A stretch of DNA of 43,256 nt from Candidatus Dojkabacteria bacterium (lineage in GTDB: Bacteria; Patescibacteriota; Dojkabacteria; JAOAGR01): NCBI GenBank assembly GCA_048615375.1, contig JBMCLJ010000002.1, forward strand, positions 1 to 43,256, read 5' to 3'. A program made the position numbers and the translations under genes. The notes under the pieces are model-generated. The model was not told the origin of the DNA, made no database searches, and saw only the letters and a list, made by a program, of their open reading frames with translations. Positions within the stretch are counted from its first letter, which is position 1; each line of letters starts with the position of its first letter. This document shows positions 9,596 to 18,697 of the stretch, one piece after another.

Positions 9596-11647
9596 ATGGA
9601 TCAGTCTCTAAAAGAAAATGCAAAATATTTAAAACTTTCATTTGTTGTTCTGTTTGCAGTTTTGATTGCGCAGCTTTTTCGAGTACAGGTTTTGGAGAAC
9701 GATAAATGGTCGATAAGATCAGCAATTCGTAATGAACTGAGGATGACGTATGCGGCCTCGAGAGGGAACGTTTTTTTTCATGACGGTAGCCCTCTGGCGG
9801 TAAATGAACTTGCATATGGAATTTTCGTTCTTCCAGAAGTATTTAAAGATGATGATCTGATTCAGGATGGCATTACATTCGCTTCCTTCGCGCATGCTGC
9901 TGCTGACATTCTTGGAGTTGACCGTGAAAATTTATATTCACAGATAGCAGATCCAGGGAAAAAATATGTCCCTATCGCAAAAAAAGTTTCAGTAGGTACC
10001 ATGAACACCTTAATGGAAGCGTATCCACTGGATTTACATATATGGACATATGAGGAACAGATGAAACGGATCTATCCAGATGGTCAACTTGCATCAAAAC
10101 TTATCGGTTTCGTAGGCAAGGACGAGGAAGGTAATGAAGCAGGAAGGTATGGAATAGAAAAAGCATTTGATGGAGTTCTTCGAGGAACAGAAGGTCTTTT
10201 TGAAGGTCAGAAAGATAGTAATAACCATGTCATTGTCAGCGAGAACTTTGAGAATGTGAATTCGCGTAACGGTATTGATATAACGTTAACAATCGATAGG
10301 GGTATCCAGATGATGCTTGAAGAAAAGTTAATGTATTGGTTAGATAAACTCAAGGCAAAGGAGGCAACTGCGGTGATATTAGAACCAGGTACAGGAAGGT
10401 TAATTGCCTCCGCAAATGTTCCTCAGTATGATCCTAATCAGTACTGGAAAGGTGAAGTCGTTGATTGTGAGCTTGAATACTATGTAATACATACTGACTG
10501 TAATGAGGAAGAAGAGGAGGAGAAAGATCCTGAACTGACTGAGGACATAACTGATATTGAAAATCAGGATGAATTAGATGCTAATTATCCTGACGGTTAT
10601 GTTGAGGAGATGCAAAAGCAAGAAGAAGAGAAGAAGAGACAGGAAGAGGAGGAAGAGGAGGAAGAGAAGGACAAAGTTGACGAAAGAATTGCGAAGTATA
10701 ACCCGCTGATACGAGAAAACTTCCGCGAGGAGGATATGCCTCTCTCGGAAGTGCATAGAAACGCGGCAAACTCATTTTTGTACGAACCTGGCTCTGTCAT
10801 TAAAGTGTTAACGTTAGCTATCGCGTATCATTATAACGCAGTACCTCGAGATCCACATTTCCCGCTTGGTGGTCATAGTGGCTGCGCTAAAATTACTGAC
10901 CGTGTTCTTTGTACTTCTGACAAACGTCCCAAAAGCTCGTTAAATGTTGTAGAAATGCTTCAATACTCTGATAATATTGGTGCAATCCGGGTCGCGCAAA
11001 CAGTGCCAATAGAAAAATATGTCGATGCGCTTAATCAGTTCGGCGTAGGCAGGCCTACAGAGATTGAACTTGCAGACGAAACTGTTTTCTCAATGAAAAA
11101 TAAACTATTCTGGACAAAAATCGACCAGGCAACTGCCTCGTATGGTCAGGGAAGTGTAGCGTTTACACCTATTCAATTAGCCCACGCGTGGAATATTCTC
11201 GCTTCAGACGGTAAAGCATACAAGCCATATCTAGTGCAGAAAATAAACGATAATGGCGTAGAGAGTTCTTTTGATCCCACCTACCTCGGCCAGGTCGTCA
11301 ATGAAGAAGCTGCAAAAGACGCTTTACATGTTAACGCACTTGCCTCGCGCGATTCTTTTCTGACAGAAGCGCGGGATTTTCACCAGAAATACCCATTTAC
11401 AGCAAAAACAGGAACTGCGAACATACCAAAACCTGATGCAGCTGGTTACCTGGAAGATGTGGTTAATACGAGCTATCTTGGCTCAGCACCGCTTGATACT
11501 CCAAAGTTTACTATGCTTGTCTGGTTTCGAGAGCCACGAATTGGCTCCGATGGTAAACCGGTAACCTCATTGAATACGGCTCAAATTGCATGGATCGACA
11601 TTGCTGAGGAGCTTATGGTCAGAATGCAGGTGCCACCACGTAAATAA
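9596..11647 (+). CDS. ftsI: Class B penicillin-binding protein (FtsI/PBP3-like) with long acidic insertion
   Basis: N-terminal TM, RGxxxxxDGxxLA, RIYPDG, GRYGIE, LTIDxxIQ. Transpeptidase motifs EPGSVIK (SxxK), SDN and KTG. Position in mraZ-rsmH-ftsL operon. Confidence 0.9.
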   Translation: MDQSLKENAKYLKLSFVVLFAVLIAQLFRVQVLENDKWSIRSAIRNELRMTYAASRGNVFFHDGSPLAVNELAYGIFVLPEVFKDDDLIQDGITFASFAHAAADILGVDRENLYSQIADPGKKYVPIAKKVSVGTMNTLMEAYPLDLHIWTYEEQMKRIYPDGQLASKLIGFVGKDEEGNEAGRYGIEKAFDGVLRGTEGLFEGQKDSNNHVIVSENFENVNSRNGIDITLTIDRGIQMMLEEKLMYWLDKLKAKEATAVILEPGTGRLIASANVPQYDPNQYWKGEVVDCELEYYVIHTDCNEEEEEEKDPELTEDITDIENQDELDANYPDGYVEEMQKQEEEKKRQEEEEEEEEKDKVDERIAKYNPLIRENFREEDMPLSEVHRNAANSFLYEPGSVIKVLTLAIAYHYNAVPRDPHFPLGGHSGCAKITDRVLCTSDKRPKSSLNVVEMLQYSDNIGAIRVAQTVPIEKYVDALNQFGVGRPTEIELADETVFSMKNKLFWTKIDQATASYGQGSVAFTPIQLAHAWNILASDGKAYKPYLVQKINDNGVESSFDPTYLGQVVNEEAAKDALHVNALASRDSFLTEARDFHQKYPFTAKTGTANIPKPDAAGYLEDVVNTSYLGSAPLDTPKFTMLVWFREPRIGSDGKPVTSLNTAQIAWIDIAEELMVRMQVPPRK

Positions 11648-11672
11648 TTATTCTTGATTTATTCAGAGATAA

Positions 11673-12275
11673 TTAATTAATAACAAAATCCTCTTCACGT
11701 CCAATTATCATTGCTTTAGGGAGGACGGTAAGTGAGTAGATTAACGGATCCCGGCGTCGTTTATTAATCTCTAACTCTTTCTCAGAAATGACATAATAGA
11801 AAATTTCCCGTCGTTCCACATTCTCGGCCTCTTTGATACATTCCTCAAGGGTTTCTATATGCGGTTCTCCGACAATCAGTAAGTCGAGGTTTTGTGCATC
11901 CGATTTTTCACGGTTTAAATATGTGTGAGTAAGGATAGCGTAGCGGATATTTCCTAACTTTCTCCTGTTCTTAAACAAGTAATGGCCTACTCCATACGAC
12001 TTCATAATTGTACTTCGAAATTCATTATAAAACGCAAAGTCAGGATTAATAGTATAGTACTTTCGAATCCCGTCTTTTTTTGAAATAAGGAACTCTGTTT
12101 TTTCCATGGAAATGAGTTCGCGTCTGACAGCATTTATCTGTTCGCCAATATCACGTGCAATTTTGCGCATATGTAGAAATTCAGAAGGAGAGGTATAAAA
12201 TAGCGACATTATTTTATATCTAACCCGTGAGGTAAAAAACTGCGCAGTGATTTGTTTTAAATCATGTTTAACCAT
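11673..12275 (-). CDS. Winged-HTH (ArsR-like) protein fused to a degenerate nucleotidyltransferase-like domain
   Basis: N-terminal HTH (MRKIARDIGEQINAVRREL...GIRKYY). C-terminal part has LDLLIVG but lacks the GSxA motif. Confidence 0.65.
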   Translation of the reverse strand: MVKHDLKQITAQFFTSRVRYKIMSLFYTSPSEFLHMRKIARDIGEQINAVRRELISMEKTEFLISKKDGIRKYYTINPDFAFYNEFRSTIMKSYGVGHYLFKNRRKLGNIRYAILTHTYLNREKSDAQNLDLLIVGEPHIETLEECIKEAENVERREIFYYVISEKELEINKRRRDPLIYSLTVLPKAMIIGREEDFVIN

Positions 12276-12371
12276 ATTTTTTTATTATGATAAAAATCAG
12301 AAGCGATTATAACACGGATAACACCTCAGTATGCAATTGTATCTAAAAATTGCACAATATCAAATAATTGT

Positions 12372-13340
12372 TTAATGAATTCTCCTGCTCGAGAGATTCG
12401 CTTTTTGAGTGATAAGTTTGTCAATCTTGATTTGTACGAGTAGCGATGAAGTGAGAAAGATTATAATGACTACAAAATAAGGTATGAACTGAGAAAAAAA
12501 TTCTTCTGTTGTTTTTAGATCTGAAGAATTGATAATGAGCTTGGGTGGGTTACGATTTTTAGTTTTTGGCAATTCTTCAGAAAAGTACGTACGTATGCGC
12601 TCGTCAGTAATATTTTGAAATAATTCAATCCTGCCTGTTACCTCGTATTCCTGATCGGCAAGAAGATCAGGGTCTTCTACCTGTTTCTTCTCAAGGGCAT
12701 TACGGGTATCATTCTCTCCTCCTTTCAGCAATAAAAAATCCCGTGGATTATCTTCAGAATAAATTGGCAGATATACTTCCTGCTTCACGAGTTCCTGGTA
12801 TCGTTCGTCTTTGTAATCTTGTTTAATAAAAGCGTCAGTATAATTTGTTCTTCCCTTCAGTGTGACTATCTCCCCAATATACTTATTATTCAGTACATTG
12901 GCTACTGAGACTTCTTCTACCTGTCGTTCTACAGGCTCAAGATTAAATCGAACTACGGTAATTATCGCTGCAATACCAAGGCAGATTGTCCATAAAAGCC
13001 ATAAGGATGCCCAAAAGTTTGCTATATTTGAGGTGTACAAACGATTTTTTGAAAACAAAATGAGCAGGTGTGAAGATAACCCGTTTTTAAATATTTTTCG
13101 GGCAAATCGATCGCCGTAACGTGCTTTCCATCCGCAGGTATCACAACGCAGTTCAATAGAAGGCATGACTTTGATAGAAAAAGAGAGAAGCTTAAGTTCA
13201 TAGTACTTTTTGACCAGTACAAAGTTTCTTTGTTCATTATTGCCTGAGCATGAGTACTTGCATACCTCCGGAAACACTTGAAGTAAAGTTTTATGGAGTT
13301 GAAAAGAGATTACATCTTCAATTTTTTTCTTTTGGGTCAT
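12372..13340 (-). CDS. Hypothetical membrane protein (N-terminal Cys motifs, two TM segments, extracytoplasmic domain)
   Basis: CKYSC...RCDTCG, TM at ~aa 108-131, soluble domain, C-terminal TM. Starts 1 nt after the stop of the upstream GT2. Confidence 0.7.
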   Translation of the reverse strand: MTQKKKIEDVISFQLHKTLLQVFPEVCKYSCSGNNEQRNFVLVKKYYELKLLSFSIKVMPSIELRCDTCGWKARYGDRFARKIFKNGLSSHLLILFSKNRLYTSNIANFWASLWLLWTICLGIAAIITVVRFNLEPVERQVEEVSVANVLNNKYIGEIVTLKGRTNYTDAFIKQDYKDERYQELVKQEVYLPIYSEDNPRDFLLLKGGENDTRNALEKKQVEDPDLLADQEYEVTGRIELFQNITDERIRTYFSEELPKTKNRNPPKLIINSSDLKTTEEFFSQFIPYFVVIIIFLTSSLLVQIKIDKLITQKANLSSRRIH

Positions 13341-13341
13341 A

Positions 13342-14244
13342 CTATTTTGAACTTTCTATACGTACCCAGCTTTTTTTTAATGCTGTTGCCCGAAATTTTG
13401 CATACCAGAAAATTACAAGCCACAACCATAAACGTGCTGGATAGAGAAGCAGAGAATAGACACATTCACGGGCATTTTGAGCATAGTTGATCGGGAATAG
13501 AGAGTATGCCAGCTCATGTTTCAACGTGCGTTTCAACCCTGTTGATTGTTTATACTTTTTTAATTGAGAATACCCTCCGACAGAGCGTTTTTTTTGCTTT
13601 ATCCAATCCTGGAAATTTTTGGGGTACTTTACGTACACTTTTGCTTGTGGTTCGTAGGCGACTCGAAAGCCTTGTTCGACTACGGTGAGCGTTACATATG
13701 CATCGTCGACAAGTATACTCTCAGGAATGCTGCTACTGAGAGATCTTCGTATTGCGTAGAGATATCCGCTCATGAAGTAGTAAGATCCATGTGTTTGTGA
13801 GTCACAGCGTTTTTTATGTGCTGCGTCGGCAAGTAGATGTCCCCAGTATCCAAAACAACGCGCGCGTGAATCAGCACTGACAGGGCGTCCAGAAATACTC
13901 CCTATATCCTGATGTGTAAATCCAGAAACTAATGTCTCAATAGCTTTATTAGCGACAATCACATCTCCATCCGTAAAAATGAGAATATCTCCCTGCGCTA
14001 TTTCGATTGCGATATTAAGTGCAGTTACCTTTCCTTTTTGGGGATCAAGTACATGGGTAAACGATGAAAAATTACATCTCTTTACAACCTTTTCAGCAGC
14101 CTGGGCAGTTTCTTCATCCGGGCATATTACCAGTATTTCCATAGAATCCAGTACTTTTTTTGAGGTATCCCTGAGTACATTGGATAAACTCGCTTCGACC
14201 GTCTCGGGTTCTCTCCATGCGGTAATGATTAAGCTATATTTCAT
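13342..14244 (-). CDS. Glycosyltransferase family 2 (PgaC/cellulose-synthase-like motifs)
   Basis: GKVTALN, FTDGDV (DxD), SGYLYAIR, VDD, YEP and QKKRS at the QxxRW position. Confidence 0.85.
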   Translation of the reverse strand: MKYSLIITAWREPETVEASLSNVLRDTSKKVLDSMEILVICPDEETAQAAEKVVKRCNFSSFTHVLDPQKGKVTALNIAIEIAQGDILIFTDGDVIVANKAIETLVSGFTHQDIGSISGRPVSADSRARCFGYWGHLLADAAHKKRCDSQTHGSYYFMSGYLYAIRRSLSSSIPESILVDDAYVTLTVVEQGFRVAYEPQAKVYVKYPKNFQDWIKQKKRSVGGYSQLKKYKQSTGLKRTLKHELAYSLFPINYAQNARECVYSLLLYPARLWLWLVIFWYAKFRATALKKSWVRIESSK

Positions 14245-14349
14245 GGCAGATGTTACTATTCAGTACGTATTAACTCAATATCCACACGGTGATTCACAGA
14301 CTTGTTTGATTTTTCTTTTATATTTTCGTAAGGTGGACTACGTAACGAT

Positions 14350-14670
14350 ATGGATAATAATGTGACACCTCAAAATGCTATCTCAAATACAGGAAGGAAT
14401 ATAAACCCAAGAGAGCTTGATTTAAACAATACTTCTTCAGCGCCCGCTGCAGGAAAACAGCTTGATTTTTCAGGGATTTCTTCAATAGCATCATTAGCTG
14501 ACACGCACTCATCTCATGGAGCACCTGCTGCCAGTCAAAAAGATACTAAAAACGTTGACGGACAGGAAGAACAAAGTACAAGTAATACCATGCTCATACT
14601 GGTTTTGTTTCTATTTCTTATTTCACTTGGAGTGGCTAGTTATTTTGCATATTTATACTTTTTTGGATGA
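14350..14670 (+). CDS. Hypothetical tail-anchored small membrane protein
   Basis: 106 aa, S/N/A-rich disordered N-terminus with a single C-terminal TM helix. Confidence 0.65.
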   Translation: MDNNVTPQNAISNTGRNINPRELDLNNTSSAPAAGKQLDFSGISSIASLADTHSSHGAPAASQKDTKNVDGQEEQSTSNTMLILVLFLFLISLGVASYFAYLYFFG

Positions 14671-14743
14671 GATAGCTATTCTGAAGCGCAGATAACCCGA
14701 CAGCTCGAAATCAATACGCCTGTAGTGTATAATGTTACTGTTT

Positions 14744-15853
14744 ATGGATCAGAAGTACTCGTTTACACAAAAATACAATGACACGACTTTTCATGAGGAA
14801 ATTGAAGCTGTCGTCTCGAAAGAAGAATTTTCTAAACTGATTGCAAAAGCGAAAAGTGACGTACAAAAAAACGCCTCTTACAAAGGTTTCCGCAAAGGAC
14901 ATGTTCCTGAGAATGTTCTCATGAGCGTGTATGGAGCTGAGATTTCAGACCAGGCTATAAATCATGCTATTAATACGGCGCTGCAAAACCTGGAGGATAT
15001 TCAGCCCCGGCCTATTGAACCTATTCATGTAGAAAACGTTAAGGTTGATGATGATGGGAATCTGGTGATTTTGTACGCTTATCTTCCTTCTCCTGAAGTG
15101 AATGTAGAGATTCCTAAAGCTGGCGTTAAAAAACCGAAGCCAAAAAAAGTTAAGCAGGATGAAGTAGAAAAAGAAGTTCAGAATGTCTGGTTTCATTACG
15201 CTAAAAACATTAATCCTGATGTTAAAAAAGAAGATTATAACCCTGATGACATTGGTGATGACTTTTTCGAGAAAGCCGGTGTCAAAAATGAAAATCCGAA
15301 TATTAATTCATTACAGGAGTTGCGTGAGTTTATAGAGAAGTATTTGCAGTCACTCAGCCTCCAGGAAGCAGATATCGCGTTGCGAGACTCTATCAGGGAT
15401 GCGTTAATTAGCAATTCAAAATTCGAAAAACTTGAAGGTATTGTATCAAAAGAGCTTGATAACAGGATCGAAAAGTATAAATCTCAATTTGCCAATTTAG
15501 GTATCGATCCTGATGACTATTTAAAAGAAAAAGAGGTGAATCTGGATGCTTTGCGTGATGAATGGAGAGACAAGGCAGAACAGGATATTAAATTTGAGCT
15601 ATGCTTACAGCAATACGGTCGAGAACAAAAAATTGAACCTACACAGGAAGAGATAGATGCAGAAATTGCAAAACTGGATGAACAAACCAGGAAGCATTAC
15701 AATAATGACGTGCAAACGCTCACCAGCCTTGTACGGTATTACTATGTAAATCAGAAATCTTTTGATATGATTGCCCGGGAGCTGGTAGTTTCGGACGACA
15801 CTCCTGCCAGGGATGCAAAGAAAAAGGAAGTTAAAAAAGACAAGCAACAATAA
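14744..15853 (+). CDS. tig: Trigger factor lacking a recognisable FKBP PPIase domain
   Basis: Ribosome-binding signature GFRKGHVP and SurA-like C-terminal domain. About 370 aa. ATG 14744 preferred (TATAAT at 14728-14733). Confidence 0.85.
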   Translation: MDQKYSFTQKYNDTTFHEEIEAVVSKEEFSKLIAKAKSDVQKNASYKGFRKGHVPENVLMSVYGAEISDQAINHAINTALQNLEDIQPRPIEPIHVENVKVDDDGNLVILYAYLPSPEVNVEIPKAGVKKPKPKKVKQDEVEKEVQNVWFHYAKNINPDVKKEDYNPDDIGDDFFEKAGVKNENPNINSLQELREFIEKYLQSLSLQEADIALRDSIRDALISNSKFEKLEGIVSKELDNRIEKYKSQFANLGIDPDDYLKEKEVNLDALRDEWRDKAEQDIKFELCLQQYGREQKIEPTQEEIDAEIAKLDEQTRKHYNNDVQTLTSLVRYYYVNQKSFDMIARELVVSDDTPARDAKKKEVKKDKQQ

Positions 15854-15855
15854 TT

Positions 15856-16089
15856 ATGAATGATAACATACTCGCAGGTGTACAATTAGTAATTTCTATC
15901 TTACTTATACTTGCTGTCTTGATGCAACAACGCGGTACAGGAGTTGGTTCACTATTCGGTGGGCCGAGCAGTATTGGTGGTGGAGAATATTTCCGAGCAA
16001 GGCGTGGCATAGAGAAGTTTTTATTTTATTCTACAATAATACTAGCTACATTTTTAGTGATTACCAGTTTTGCGTTTTTATATGTATAA
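15856..16089 (+). CDS. secG: Preprotein translocase subunit SecG
   Basis: 77 aa, two TMs, VLMQ...G.G..FGG...RRGIEKFL. Confidence 0.93.
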   Translation: MNDNILAGVQLVISILLILAVLMQQRGTGVGSLFGGPSSIGGGEYFRARRGIEKFLFYSTIILATFLVITSFAFLYV

Positions 16090-16095
16090 TTTCTC

Positions 16096-17901
16096 GTGAA
16101 AGTTTTGCGGGAGTCAAAAACAAAAAAACAACCTGGTATACCATCATTAAAACCTGGGAAGATTATCTTCTTTGTACTTCCAGTATTGTATGTAGCACTG
16201 ACGCTTCTCACGATATCAAATTTTGATGTTGTTACTGCTATACAGGAAGAAAAAAAGGGAAATAACACAATTGTTGAGGGATTACTCTTTCCATCAACCT
16301 CAGCTTCGCCTGAGGAATTGTTTTACGTGGATCCCTTACTGTCTGATACTAATGACGAATATACACGTGAACTTCGGACGAATCTTTCCTTTTTATTGTT
16401 TTCGAGTCTGTTCAAAGAAAATACTGGCAATTCTCTTGATAACGACTTAGTGAAAGAATACTCATTTGAAGATGCAACAACGTTCAAGGCAACCTTGCGT
16501 GACGACGTAGTGTGGCATGATGGATCCAGATTAACGGCAGATGATGTAATTTTTACTTTGAATGTAATTAATGCAATTGGCCAGGACGGTTTTTACTTTG
16601 GAGCAGTTAATGGTTCAGAAATCGAATACAATGCGCCGAGTGATTATGAGGTGTACATCAAGCTTAAGACAGCGGATGATAAAGGTGAGCCAAAGCCAAA
16701 TGCTGCATATTTATATGAGTTGACCTTTCCTGTTTTACCTAAACATGTTTTAGAGCGGTATCGTCCAGCGTCACTCAAGAAGCTGCCATTTACTGAATTC
16801 GGAAAGAACCCGCTGGGCTCAGGGATATTGAAGTTTTCGACTAACAGAAGGATCGAGATGGTGTTTGAAAGAAATCAGGACTATTATAAAGACCAGGTAC
16901 ATTTTGATGAATATATTTTTCGATTTTATAAAGACTATGATGCTTTGATTAAAGATGCACAGCTGAAAAATGTTCACATAATTACACGAAAAGACGTTGT
17001 CGGGAGTGATGATCTGCATGAGAACCTCAATACGATTGGAATGAACAACTATAAAATGACGATTAAGAATAAAAGACTCGTACTGTACTTTAATCTTGAC
17101 TACAAGGGTGAAGAAAACAGTCCTTTTTCTCAATTCCCTTACCTGAGAAGCAGTCTGCAAAAAGTTATTAATCGGGAAAATATTACCCAAAACCTGGGAG
17201 GGAATTGCCGGGAAATCTATGGTCCAATTGACCATACCTCCTGGGCTTTTTCAAATGACTTTTTACAAAGCCAGCAGTATAACGAAGAAGAGTTTAAAAA
17301 AAATCTCAAGGAACTTTCCTATGAGATGAAGGACGGATACTACCAGAATCAACAAGGTAGACTCTCTTTTACTTTGACCTACCTATCCGGTGATGTCAGG
17401 GATGTTGTAGCACGAACATTGCAGCAGGATTTAAAGACTGTTGGTGTTGAGGTTAAGCTTCAAGAAGTGTCATCAAGTGCACCAAAACCAACAGCCAAAA
17501 ACGCACAGCAGGTTGAAGAATACGAAGATTATACTTCCATCATCAGCAATAGAAACTTCGAAGCATTGCTATCAACTTCAACACAATACCAGGAACCAGA
17601 TCGTTTCTCAGAATGGCACTCATCGAGAATAGAACCACCTGGACTTAATATCTCAGGGTTTGATAATAAAATCATTGACTTAACACTTGTTGAAGGACGT
17701 GTTAGTACTTCGGTTAAGGAAAGGAAAGCTAAATACGAGCGTTTTCAAAAGACATTTGCTGAATATGCTCCGGCAATTTATTTGTTGAACCCTGGTATGA
17801 CGGTATATTATTCAGACCAACTCGAAGATATTGAGCAGATTCAGATTATTGATACACATTATCGTTATGAAGATATTGCTAATTGGAAATTTAAAACCTA
17901 A
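16096..17901 (+). CDS. ABC-type peptide/nickel substrate-binding protein (SBP family 5, OppA/DppA-like)
   Basis: N-terminal TM anchor, LRDDVVWHDGSRLTADDVIFT, PVLPKHVL, PLGSG, ERNQDYY, WHS...GLN.SG and ERKAKY...Q.....PAIYL. Confidence 0.85.
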   Translation: MKVLRESKTKKQPGIPSLKPGKIIFFVLPVLYVALTLLTISNFDVVTAIQEEKKGNNTIVEGLLFPSTSASPEELFYVDPLLSDTNDEYTRELRTNLSFLLFSSLFKENTGNSLDNDLVKEYSFEDATTFKATLRDDVVWHDGSRLTADDVIFTLNVINAIGQDGFYFGAVNGSEIEYNAPSDYEVYIKLKTADDKGEPKPNAAYLYELTFPVLPKHVLERYRPASLKKLPFTEFGKNPLGSGILKFSTNRRIEMVFERNQDYYKDQVHFDEYIFRFYKDYDALIKDAQLKNVHIITRKDVVGSDDLHENLNTIGMNNYKMTIKNKRLVLYFNLDYKGEENSPFSQFPYLRSSLQKVINRENITQNLGGNCREIYGPIDHTSWAFSNDFLQSQQYNEEEFKKNLKELSYEMKDGYYQNQQGRLSFTLTYLSGDVRDVVARTLQQDLKTVGVEVKLQEVSSSAPKPTAKNAQQVEEYEDYTSIISNRNFEALLSTSTQYQEPDRFSEWHSSRIEPPGLNISGFDNKIIDLTLVEGRVSTSVKERKAKYERFQKTFAEYAPAIYLLNPGMTVYYSDQLEDIEQIQIIDTHYRYEDIANWKFKT

Positions 17902-18568
17902 ACCACTTTGCAATACTTCCAAGGCAGCCTTTGAGTCTGCTGTTCTCGTCCTCCGCGAAGGGATCAAGTATAAAAGTTCCTTCACTGGTCTGCGCAGATG
18001 GTTTTTTGTCTTGTTGGTCGTGAACTGTTTGTTGGGTTAGATTTTCTTCTTTCTGAGTACCTTGTGTACTTCCTTGTTGAAGAGCGTTTATTGTATTGGT
18101 TTTTTGATCGAGAAGCTTTTTATAGTTCACTACCAGTTCTTCCGCATTCCTCAATCTTAGTTCTATATCCTTGTTTTTCTTGCCTTCATTTTCCAGCTTT
18201 TTAATCATTTCTCGAATATCCTTCGCTTTGTTCAGCATGTCAAGGTGTTCTGTTGATTCATACATATCCCTGGCAATCTGATGCTCTGGTATCGAGCTAT
18301 TGAAAAGATAGTAATTCAAGCCAGTATTGTCTGGTTCACGTCCAAGAATTTGCTTATAAAGTCTAGCGATCATGTCCCTTCTGGGTTCAGCCGGCATAGG
18401 ATTTGAGTAAGAGGTTTGTGAGGTTGGAGGAGGTGAAGATTGTGCAGGTCCGGCAGGTTGAGAAACGTGTGATTGCTGAGCGTTGCCTGGTTGTCCAGCA
18501 GGTATCTGGCTCCATTGTGATGTATTATTCCAGGTATACGAACTGTGGCTACCCGTGTTGTTGTTCAT
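17891..18568 (-). CDS. Hypothetical protein with DUF4214-like helical domain and coiled coil
   Basis: Q/P/S-rich N-terminus, IARLYKQILGREPDNTGLNYY...SxE, coiled coil, C-terminal amphipathic helix. Confidence 0.7.
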   Translation of the reverse strand: MNNNTGSHSSYTWNNTSQWSQIPAGQPGNAQQSHVSQPAGPAQSSPPPTSQTSYSNPMPAEPRRDMIARLYKQILGREPDNTGLNYYLFNSSIPEHQIARDMYESTEHLDMLNKAKDIREMIKKLENEGKKNKDIELRLRNAEELVVNYKKLLDQKTNTINALQQGSTQGTQKEENLTQQTVHDQQDKKPSAQTSEGTFILDPFAEDENSRLKGCLGSIAKWFRF

Positions 18569-18697
18569 GAGGTGATTATACTATAAGTGTGATGTTATAT
18601 CTATAGGATTAGACTCCCGTAGGATTTCTCAGGTATGCATAGGTAAGTGCTGTCGTAAGTCTATTGTTAATTGTTATTGACTGTAATAGTATATACC

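Noticed and set aside
10450-10760. FtsI insert as an intein (it contains Cys near its start and ends near HRN)
   Set aside because: No Hint-domain blocks, no C-terminal HN followed by C/S/T, and low-complexity composition. The RN belongs to the PBP itself.
11673-12275. MNT-HEPN toxin-antitoxin system
   Set aside because: The nucleotidyltransferase motif is degenerate and there is no adjacent HEPN-like gene.
12332-12354. Inverted repeat TGCAATT...AATTGCA upstream of the HTH gene as an autoregulatory operator
   Set aside because: Only 7 AT-rich bp, with no second copy seen. Indistinguishable from chance.
16319-16334. parS-like site TGTTTTACGTGGATCC
   Set aside because: Several mismatches to TGTTTCACGTGAAACA, poor symmetry, and it lies within coding sequence.
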